Shown here piece after piece: positions 7,275 through 15,475 of a stretch of DNA of 42,596 nucleotides. The stretch's first letter is position 1. Each line of letters opens with the position of its first letter. Both the position numbers and the translations under genes were made by a program. This DNA is from Chloroflexota bacterium. Its GTDB lineage: Bacteria > Chloroflexota > Dehalococcoidia > SM23-28-2 > RBG-16-64-32. The notes beneath the pieces were generated by a model that was not told the origin of the DNA, searched no databases, and saw nothing but the letters and a program-made list of their open reading frames with translations. The stretch covers positions 4,379-46,974 of the forward strand of contig VBJT01000001.1 of NCBI GenBank assembly GCA_005880075.1, written 5' to 3'.

Positions 7275-9008
7275 CTAACCGGTGGCTCTCATCGCGAACA
7301 TTTCCTCGCGCCATGGAGTTCTTTCCTTCGCCTGCCTGATGATTTCCGCCGAGACATCGAACTTCATCATGCCGCCGGGCCCAACGCCCTCTTCGCGAAG
7401 ACACGTGGGGAGATCATCGTCCGCTTCGGTCAGGCCGGCCCGGTCGTTGAACGCCCATTCGTCTTGCAGGCACTGCCAACCCACCTCCGCCATATCCTCG
7501 GGCTTCACAGGCTCGCCGTACAGCAGGCTGTAGAACTCCGCGATGTCCTTCAGGCTGGGCTGCAGGAACTGACAGAAGCCGGAAGAATCGCAGACCGCGT
7601 TCACAAGCTGTGACTCGCGCGATGCCTGCGCGAACTGGTCTTCCGGCATGCCGGGTTTGATCACGAGTCCGGCGGTGTGGTCGGCGCCCATCGGGCTGCT
7701 TGCGTAAGTCACGCCGGTCGCCTTCAGCGGGCGTGGGTCCCAGGCGGGCACCGCCTGGCCTTTAACAACCGGCACGCGGGCGTGGTTGAAGCGCTTGCCG
7801 ACGCTGGCCGCGCCGTTACCCACCGTCTTCCCGAGGTCCGTCCCGTTCCCAACGTCCGCGAGCAGCTTCTTCATTGCCTCGGCGTCACCCCACTCCAGCT
7901 GTCCGGCGTCCATCAGCACGGCGATCGCTGCACCGGCCTCTATCGTATCCACCCCGATCTCATCGCATAGCCGGTCGAGGTCAGCCACTTTCTCCCAGCT
8001 GTCGACGCCGCAGTTCGAGCCGAGCAGGGCCAGTGTCTCGAACTCGAGCGCCGATGTCAGGTAATTCCCGTCCTCCCCGTGCACGACGTTGCTGCACTGG
8101 ACGATGCAGCCGGTCATGCAGTTGTGCATGCCGCCGCCGCGGACCTCGAAGCTCTCGACGATCTTCATCCCCGCCAGGTTGGCCGCGTCAGGCGACTGCC
8201 CCTCCGTCCGGTTCTTGTAGGGGAGCGTGTTGAGCAGGTTCGCCGTCGGAAGGATCGCGGACGTCCCGTACTTGAAGATCTGCGGTCCGTCCCGGTAGGC
8301 CTTACTGTAGTTCTTGACGAGCGCATTGAAGCCCGGCGTGTCCGCGGGCTGGCGTGGACGCGCCCGCGCCGGGTCGACGAGCACCCATTTGAGTCCCTTC
8401 GAGCCCATGACTGCCCCGAGCCCACCGCGAGCAGCCGCGCGGGCTGGATGGCGTTGCTTTTCCTGATCGGTGCAATGGATCGATGCCCCCCGGAGCTGGA
8501 GTTCGCCGGCGGGGCCGATGCAGATCGCAGACGCACTGGCGGGTTGGTCCGCGAAGAGCTTCTCGCAGGCGGCGTAGTTCCACATTCCCTTGTAATCGTC
8601 CGCGGACACTACTCTGGCGCCTTGATCGTCGACTATCACGCCATAACGGCGTTCCGGGTCGGCTGGCTCACCCTTCACTACGACCGCCCGGATGTTCAGC
8701 TTCATCAGGTGCTGACCGGGATTTCCGCCGGCGTTCGCCTCCTTGATGCCGTTGGTCAGCGGGCTCTTGCCTCCCATCGAGATGCGTCCCGAAGTCGGGG
8801 CAGACGTGCCCGAAAGCACGCCGGGCGCCATTACGAGAACATTGTCGGGGCCCAGAGGGTCGCATTCCGGATCGCACTCTTCGAGCATAATCCGGGCGGA
8901 CAAGGCGCGGCCGCCGAGAAGCTTCCAGTCGGCCGGGAATGGATCGAACGAGGTCGTTTGCGTTGTCATGTCCACGCGCAGGATCCGGTCGCCGTTGGAT
9001 TCAGGCAT
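7275..9008 (-). CDS. Aldehyde:ferredoxin oxidoreductase (AOR) family tungsto/molybdopterin enzyme
   Basis: AOR N-domain motif MGGKSPLT, Fe-S cysteine cluster NCMTGCIVQC, and C-terminal DSSGFCQF motif. The length is close to typical AORs. The ATG at 9008 follows GGAGG with a 7-nt spacer. Confidence 0.85.
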   Translation of the reverse strand: MPESNGDRILRVDMTTQTTSFDPFPADWKLLGGRALSARIMLEECDPECDPLGPDNVLVMAPGVLSGTSAPTSGRISMGGKSPLTNGIKEANAGGNPGQHLMKLNIRAVVVKGEPADPERRYGVIVDDQGARVVSADDYKGMWNYAACEKLFADQPASASAICIGPAGELQLRGASIHCTDQEKQRHPARAAARGGLGAVMGSKGLKWVLVDPARARPRQPADTPGFNALVKNYSKAYRDGPQIFKYGTSAILPTANLLNTLPYKNRTEGQSPDAANLAGMKIVESFEVRGGGMHNCMTGCIVQCSNVVHGEDGNYLTSALEFETLALLGSNCGVDSWEKVADLDRLCDEIGVDTIEAGAAIAVLMDAGQLEWGDAEAMKKLLADVGNGTDLGKTVGNGAASVGKRFNHARVPVVKGQAVPAWDPRPLKATGVTYASSPMGADHTAGLVIKPGMPEDQFAQASRESQLVNAVCDSSGFCQFLQPSLKDIAEFYSLLYGEPVKPEDMAEVGWQCLQDEWAFNDRAGLTEADDDLPTCLREEGVGPGGMMKFDVSAEIIRQAKERTPWREEMFAMRATG

Positions 9009-9060
9009 CAAAGCACCTCCAGATAGTGACTCGCATTATGCCAACCGCCTAGCCTACGGG

Positions 9061-9426
9061 TCAACGCGACCAAACGAGCCGCCCATGAGCGTCCCGGCCT
9101 GAAACGTATCCCGCCCGCAACATTGCGGCGACGGCCTCCATCTGGTGGATCCGATCAAGCAGGTCACAGAGCGACTGGCCGGGCGACTGGTTAACGATCC
9201 GCGTCGCCTCGAGCCATGTATCGACCGGCAGGCCGCACTCAGCAGCTTTCTTCTGATTCCACGGCAGGCTGTACCGCCTCATGGCTTTCACGATCTGCGC
9301 GATCGATACGCCCGATTCCGCCAATAGACCCTGCGCACGCAACTCGCGCTGGTACGCCGTAAGCGGTGCGTTAGCGACAGCGTCGAGCTGCGAGAGTAGT
9401 TCGGACAGGGCGTCCTCGTTGAGCAT
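9061..9426 (-). CDS. Hypothetical 121-aa protein, co-transcribed with ppdK
   Basis: The ATG lies 11 nt after the ppdK stop and is preceded by GAGGGAGA. I do not recognise any family. Confidence 0.5.
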   Translation of the reverse strand: MLNEDALSELLSQLDAVANAPLTAYQRELRAQGLLAESGVSIAQIVKAMRRYSLPWNQKKAAECGLPVDTWLEATRIVNQSPGQSLCDLLDRIHQMEAVAAMLRAGYVSGRDAHGRLVWSR

Positions 9427-9437
9427 TCTCCCTCTCG

Positions 9438-12167
9438 CTAGACGTCGCGCTTTCCCGTCGTCGCGTCGGCCAGCGCCGCCTGCGCCGCCGCCAGCCGCGC
9501 TGTCTCCACGCGAAAGGGCGAGCAGGAGACGTAGTCAAGGCCGATCTCGTGGCAGAAGGCGACAGACGCCGGGTCACCGCCGTGCTCCCCGCAGATGCCT
9601 AAGTGCAGATCCTTATTGGCCGCGCGGCCTTCCTCGGTCGCCATCCTCATCAGGCGCCCGACGCCGGGCCTGTCGATAGTGACGAACGGGTTGGCCGGTA
9701 GCAGTCTGCGCTGCTCGTACATGCTCAGGAACTTGCCGATATCATCTCTCGAAAAGCCAAAGCCCATCTGGGTAAGATCGTTGGTCCCGAAGGAAAAGAA
9801 CTCAGCGACCTCCGCGATCTCCCGCGCCGTCACCGCCGCCCGCGGTACCTCTATCATGGTGCCCCACTCGAGGTGCGAAAGCTCCACCTCTTCGCGGCTC
9901 AGCACTTCGCCTGCCACCGGCTCGAGCTCCTCGCGCATCTGCCGGAGCTCTTCGCGTGTGGCCACCAGCGGAATCATGATCTCGACCCTGGCGTCGCAGC
10001 CCTCTTTTTGGACCAGGCAGGCGGCCTCAAGGATCGCCCGCACCTGCATGGCGTAGAGGCCCGACTTCACAATTCCGAGGCGCACGCCGCGAAGGCCGAG
10101 CATCGGATTGACTTCGTGGAGCTCCCGTACCTTTCCAAGGACACGCTCCTGGTCTGCTACGTTCTCGCCCCGCTCCTTCGCCAGCGCGACTTCGACCGCA
10201 AGCGAGGTAAGATCGGGCAGGAACTCGTGCAACGGCGGGTCGAGGAGTCGGACGGTAACCGGCAGGCCGTCCATCGCACGGAAGATCCCCACGAAATCGT
10301 CGCGCTGCAGTGGCAGGAGCTGCGCGTATGCCTCCTCCTCTTCTTCACGCGTCGAGGCGAAAATCATCTGGCGTACGGCCGCGACGCGTTCCTCGCCCAG
10401 AAACATGTGCTCGGTGCGGCAAAGCCCAATGCCCTCAGCCCCACGCTCGCGCGCATTTTGCGCCTGCTCCGGCGTGTCGGCATTGGCCCGGACACGGAGC
10501 CGCCGGGCGCCGTCGGCGTGACCCATGAACCGCGCGAACGCCTTCCAGATCTTCTCCTTGCGCGCGTTTTCATCTCCTCTGCGAGCGCGCTCGAGCTTGG
10601 ACGCTTCGAGCTCCAACTTTCCGACATAGACCGCACCATCAAAACCATCGATCGTCACGAACTCTCCGCCGGCAACAGTAGTCCCGTTGGCGCTGAACGA
10701 CCTCGACGTGAGATCGATCTTGATTCCGTCGGCGCCACACACCGCAGGAATCCCTTCTCCTCTGGCGACGACGGCCGCGTGGGAGTTCGTGCCGCCCGCT
10801 GAGGTAAGAATCCCTTGCGAGCGAATCATGCCGTAATAATCGTCCGGCGTGGTCTCCCGCCGCACCAGGATGACAGGCTCCCCGCGCTGCCCCTGCTCCT
10901 CTGCCTCATCAGCTGAGAACACTACCTTCCCAACCGCCGCGCCAGGCGACGCGTTCAGCCCCTTGGCGATCGAGCGAGCGGTTGCCTTAACGTCGGCCTT
11001 GATGACCGGCTTGAACAGCTGCTCCAGCCGGTTCGCATCCACCCGCAATAGCGCCTCGTCTTCACTGATCAGCCGCTCTTCCAGCATGTCGTATGCCATC
11101 ACCCACTCGGCAAACGCCGTGCGCTTCCCGACGCGGGTCTGAAGGATCCATAGCTTGCCCTTCTCGATCGTAAACTCGATGTCGCACATATCGCGGTAAT
11201 GCCGCTCCAGCGTGTCCATGGCTTTGCGGAGCTCGCCGTACGACTTCGGGTCGAGATTCTCAAGCTCATGTAGCCTGAGTGTGTTGCGGATCCCGGCGAC
11301 CACATCCTCGCCCTGGGCATTCGGCAGGTAATCGCCGTAAGGAACCCTTTCGCCGGTCGCCGGGTCTCGGGTGAAGGCGACACCTGTCCCCGAGTCCATC
11401 CCGCGGTTACCGAAAACCATTGCCACTACATTGACCGCGGTGCCCAAGTCGTCCGAGATCTTATTCTGCCGACGATAGTCGCGTGCCCGCTTGCCGTTCC
11501 AGGACTTGAAGACCGCCTCGATGGCTAGGCGCAGCTGATCGCGTGGTTTCTGCGGGAACTCCTCCCCGACATGTTCGCGATAGATCGCTCGGAAGTCCCC
11601 AAGGAGCGCGTCAAGGTCGCTGGCGTCGAGATCGGTATCCTCCGCATCCTCGCCCATTCGCTTCTTGTATTCGTCCAACTTGCTCTCGAACCTCTCGCTG
11701 GGGACCTCCATCACAATCTTGCTGAACATCTGGACGAAGCGACGGTAGGAATCGAGAGCGAAGCGCATGTCGTCGCCCGATTGCCTGGCCAGCCCCCGCA
11801 CTGATTCGTCGTTGAGCCCCAGGTTCAGCACCGTGTCCATCATGCCCGGCATGGAGAACTTGGCCCCGGAGCGGACCGAGACGAGGAGGGGATCATCAGG
11901 GTCACCGAGCCGCTTGCCCATGTCTGACTCAAGGTCCCGCAAGTGGTCTTCGACTTCCTCTTCGAGGCCTTCAGGCCACCTGCCCGAAGCTAGATAAGCC
12001 ATACAAGCCTCGGTGGTCACAGTAAAACCTGGAGGCACACGGAGCCCCATGTTAGTCATTTCCGCGAGATTCGCGCCTTTGCCGCCCAGCAACTCTCGCA
12101 TCTGCGCGTTGCCCTCGGTGAAGCGGTAGATGTACTTGGGGCCGGCCTTCGGGTCAACAGTGACCAT
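9438..12167 (-). CDS. ppdK: Pyruvate, phosphate dikinase
   Basis: GGKGANLAEM ATP-grasp motif, phospho-histidine motif GGTNSHAAVVARG, and C-terminal LGICGEHGGDP. 909 aa. AAGGAG SD upstream of the ATG. Confidence 0.95.
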   Translation of the reverse strand: MVTVDPKAGPKYIYRFTEGNAQMRELLGGKGANLAEMTNMGLRVPPGFTVTTEACMAYLASGRWPEGLEEEVEDHLRDLESDMGKRLGDPDDPLLVSVRSGAKFSMPGMMDTVLNLGLNDESVRGLARQSGDDMRFALDSYRRFVQMFSKIVMEVPSERFESKLDEYKKRMGEDAEDTDLDASDLDALLGDFRAIYREHVGEEFPQKPRDQLRLAIEAVFKSWNGKRARDYRRQNKISDDLGTAVNVVAMVFGNRGMDSGTGVAFTRDPATGERVPYGDYLPNAQGEDVVAGIRNTLRLHELENLDPKSYGELRKAMDTLERHYRDMCDIEFTIEKGKLWILQTRVGKRTAFAEWVMAYDMLEERLISEDEALLRVDANRLEQLFKPVIKADVKATARSIAKGLNASPGAAVGKVVFSADEAEEQGQRGEPVILVRRETTPDDYYGMIRSQGILTSAGGTNSHAAVVARGEGIPAVCGADGIKIDLTSRSFSANGTTVAGGEFVTIDGFDGAVYVGKLELEASKLERARRGDENARKEKIWKAFARFMGHADGARRLRVRANADTPEQAQNARERGAEGIGLCRTEHMFLGEERVAAVRQMIFASTREEEEEAYAQLLPLQRDDFVGIFRAMDGLPVTVRLLDPPLHEFLPDLTSLAVEVALAKERGENVADQERVLGKVRELHEVNPMLGLRGVRLGIVKSGLYAMQVRAILEAACLVQKEGCDARVEIMIPLVATREELRQMREELEPVAGEVLSREEVELSHLEWGTMIEVPRAAVTAREIAEVAEFFSFGTNDLTQMGFGFSRDDIGKFLSMYEQRRLLPANPFVTIDRPGVGRLMRMATEEGRAANKDLHLGICGEHGGDPASVAFCHEIGLDYVSCSPFRVETARLAAAQAALADATTGKRDV

Positions 12168-12485
12168 GCGCTGTCTCCTTCTCGCGTGGCACAGCAGAGG
12201 CGGGTTGCTGGCCGAATGGCACTTTACATTGTAGCGCGGAGGATCGGCAACATTTGCTATTGAAGCCGATGTAGTATGTCGAACGATTCCGACAAAGAGG
12301 AAGCGTCCATTCGAGTTACGGTCCGCTAGCGGGGCAGCGATTGTAATGTCATCGCTGGCCCGGTGCCGGACTGTAGCTACAGCGCAGCTAGCATCGGCCG
12401 CAGCTTCGGCGCTAGCTCGTTTGTAGCACCAACAGGGTATGAGGACGTTAGCATGGGGTAGGAACTTGGTTTGATTTTATGTCTC

Positions 12486-14012
12486 CTAAGACGGCTTGAA
12501 TAAGTTCCGCCCATCATCCGAGGCGACCCGCCCTCGTGTCCCGACGAACTCCTCGCGCGTCATTGCGAGCATCAAATCCCGCTCAGGCGGCGTGTTGGCG
12601 AAGAACCGCGCGTGGGAGCCGGCGCCCAGGTTTCCGATGACTATTCCCTGCTCCGGCTCGCCCTCACGGTTGAATATGACGGTGTAGGTCTCGACCCTCG
12701 CCTCGCCCTCCGCCTGCTCGGCGAACGGCGGACTTTCCATCGCGTCGACCTCTCGCTGGTCGACGGCGGGCGGTGTTCGCTTCCATTCGTCGTCCGGCGG
12801 TCCCGCGCTGTACACACCGGCCGAATGCTTTGTCGCGAACCAGCCGAGGCCCGTCACGAGGCCGTACTCGCGGGGCGCCTCACGTAGATGCCGCACCATT
12901 GTCGCAATGGAATGCATCACGTAGTTATTACCGGGGCCGCCGGCATACGGCAACCCACCAGTAACAGTCAGCGGCCGGGGATCGTCTGGCCTGAGCCCAA
13001 GCGCTTCCAGCCCCATCTGCACCGCGGACGGGAAACAAGAATAAAGGTCGAATCTCGCGACGTCGTCCACGCCGATTCCCGCCATGGCGAGCGCGCGCTG
13101 TGTGGCAGCGCGAATCGCGGGCGACGAATGATAGTCCACTCGCTCGCTGACGAACCACTTGTCTGTTGCATCGCCGCAACCGCGCAGGTACACGCAGCGG
13201 TCTTCCGGAATGCCAAGTTCGCGGGCTGTCTGGAACCCGGTCATGATCAGCGTCGCTGCTTGGTCGGTCTCGATAATCGCGTTCATCAGCTTCGGGTACG
13301 GAAAGCCGACCATGCGGTTGTCCGCGCGCACCGAAGCGATCTCTTCTGGGGAGTGCAAAACGGGAAACCAGGCGTACGGGTTCCCCGCCGCGACGGCTGC
13401 GAAACGAGAGCAGAGCTCGCCCAGCCCGACTTGATGTGCCTCAATCGAGTGGCCGAGGTTCGCCCGAATGGCGTTCTCGAACAGCGGGTAAACGCGTGTC
13501 GGCATGGTGGCACCGTGGCGCGCCTCGACCTCGTTGAAGCCGGGGCGGTTGTCGCCGTCGGTTCGTCCTGGTGTCTCACGTTGCGACCAGGAAAGTTGCA
13601 TGCCTAGCTTACGCGACAACCGCCTCGATTCGAGCGCCTCGGCCCCGGCGAGCAGTGCTATGCGAATGCGGCCCTCCACGATGGCCTGGGCGGTCTCGTT
13701 AACCAGTCGCTGCGGTGTCTCCCCGCCGATACTGGAGTAAACCGTGTGGGCCGGCGTCGCGCCGAGACGAGCGGCGAGCATTCCCGGCGCGTCCGCATAC
13801 GACCACGACATGAAATTAACGACCTGGACAGAGTCGAGCTTCTCCAGCAAGCCCAGCCCGCCCGCGTCATTCTCTGCCTCGCGCGCCACCCGCTCCATCA
13901 TCTCCAGCGGCTCGATTGTCTGGTCGATGGCCTTCGGATGGTTTGTGAGCTGGGCCGCGCCGACGATTACGGGAAAGTTATTGCTTGTCATCGCCTCGTT
14001 TGACGTGCGCAT
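12486..14012 (-). CDS. Thiolase-like (SCP-x / acetyl-CoA acetyltransferase-like) protein with a C-terminal OB-fold-like extension
   Basis: Thiolase-like pattern throughout (VIVGAAQ, CFPSAVQ, GGLPYAGGPGNNY). The last 110 aa or so resemble a DUF35-type OB fold. The start is uncertain; an alternative ATG lies at 13991. Confidence 0.7.
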   Translation of the reverse strand: MRTSNEAMTSNNFPVIVGAAQLTNHPKAIDQTIEPLEMMERVAREAENDAGGLGLLEKLDSVQVVNFMSWSYADAPGMLAARLGATPAHTVYSSIGGETPQRLVNETAQAIVEGRIRIALLAGAEALESRRLSRKLGMQLSWSQRETPGRTDGDNRPGFNEVEARHGATMPTRVYPLFENAIRANLGHSIEAHQVGLGELCSRFAAVAAGNPYAWFPVLHSPEEIASVRADNRMVGFPYPKLMNAIIETDQAATLIMTGFQTARELGIPEDRCVYLRGCGDATDKWFVSERVDYHSSPAIRAATQRALAMAGIGVDDVARFDLYSCFPSAVQMGLEALGLRPDDPRPLTVTGGLPYAGGPGNNYVMHSIATMVRHLREAPREYGLVTGLGWFATKHSAGVYSAGPPDDEWKRTPPAVDQREVDAMESPPFAEQAEGEARVETYTVIFNREGEPEQGIVIGNLGAGSHARFFANTPPERDLMLAMTREEFVGTRGRVASDDGRNLFKPS

Positions 14013-14030
14013 GAGGATAGGAACCGGCGG

Positions 14031-15419
14031 TCAAGGTACCGTCGCGACAACCGCCGACACTTGTGCCGTCGCCTCGACCTCCTCTCGATGCGTAACGTAA
14101 TACAGGAAGCCGACGGCGACGCCGACCAGGCAGGCACCGGCCAGCAGTCCGATGGTCACCCGTACACCCAACACTTCGGCCATGAACCCCGTCAGCGATG
14201 CTCCGATAGGCGTGGACCCGGCAATAAGCAGCATATACAGCGCCATGACTCTGCCACGCAGGTGATCGGGCGTCGCCAGTTGCAGCGACGTGTTTGAAGT
14301 TGCCGCAAAGATGATGTTCGCCACTCCAGTGAGAAAGAGGAACAGCATCGACAGGTAAAATGACTCGCTAAGGGCAACCGCCCCGAGCAGCAGTGCGAAC
14401 AACGCGCCGCCCACAAACAGCTGGGAACGCGTCGCCCGCCGCTGGCCCGCGATCACCAGGGCCGATAGAAAGGCCCCCAGTCCGAGCGCAGCGGTCAGGA
14501 ATCCTAGGTCAACCGAATCGCCCTGCAGCACGTACCGGGCGACGAGAGGCAGCACCGTTATGAAGTTGTAGCCGAAGGTGCCCAGGAATGAAGCGATGAT
14601 AATGATCATCAGCGCCGCCGGCGTGCGTCGTACAAACTAGAGGCCCTCCCGCAGCTCTCTGAGCGGATTGGCTCGCGCGACTGGCCGATCGTTTACCTTG
14701 AGTTCGCTCAAATCCATCATGGTAAGCGCCAGGATGCTTGGTATGAAGCTGACCGCATTAATCGCGAACGCTGCTTCGGTCCCGGCCACCGCGATCATCA
14801 CGCCCGCGACCGAAGGACCAACAAGCCGCGCCCCGTTGAAGAGCCCGGAATTCAGCGCCACGGCGTTGATCAGGTCGTCCTTCCCCACCATCTCCACGAT
14901 CATCGCTTGCCGTGTCGGCTGCTCAAAAGCGTTGGACACCCCAAGCATGAGCGCCAGTAGGTAAACATGCCACAGCTGGACGCTGCCGGCCGCTACCAGG
15001 ACTGCCAGAAGTAACGCCTGGACCATCGCCAGGGCGCGCGTGGCGAGGATGAGGTCCCTCTTATTGACGCGGTCCGCAATCACTCCCGCCGGTAGCACGA
15101 AGATCGTGATCGGCAGGAACTGGAGTGTCGTGACAATCCCCAGCGCCGCCTTCGAATCCGTCAGCTCGATGACGAGCCACGATTGGGCCACCGTCTGCAT
15201 CCACGTCCCTGTCAGCGAAATCGCTTGCCCGGTATAGAACAGCCGGTAATTGCGGTGCCGCAGCGCCCGAAACGTCTCGCTCAACCGCGTCGTACGGGCA
15301 ACCTCGATCGAGGGCGCAGCTGGCTCCCCGATTTCGGGTGCCGCCAGCTCTGCGGTGGGATCAACTTCGGCGTGCTGCCGGAGCAACCGCAAGCGGCGGG
15401 CACGCCACGGACGCGTCAT
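14031..15419 (-). pseudogene. MFS transporter (EntS/MFS_3-like) interrupted by one in-frame TAG
   Basis: The two track ORFs (14637-15419 and 14031-14609) are in the same frame. Reading through the TAG at 14637-14639 gives ...LRELREGL*FVRRTPAALMIIIIASFLG..., a continuous MFS sequence. Confidence 0.7.
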
Positions 15420-15475
15420 GAGTGGGGCTCCATATACCTGATGTTGCGTTGTGATCGGGCGTGTTGCAAGCGACC

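Noticed and set aside
7282-9102. Plus-strand ORFs antisense to the AOR gene (for example 8079-9026, 315 aa)
   Set aside because: These are typical high-GC shadow ORFs. They have Arg/Ala/Pro-rich low-complexity translations and no motifs, and they fully overlap a gene with clear AOR motifs.
14637-14639. Reading the in-frame TAG in the MFS gene as pyrrolysine or a recoded codon
   Set aside because: There are no pylTSBCD-like genes or other in-frame TAGs in clearly intact genes in this window. A nonsense mutation or a base-call error is the simpler explanation.
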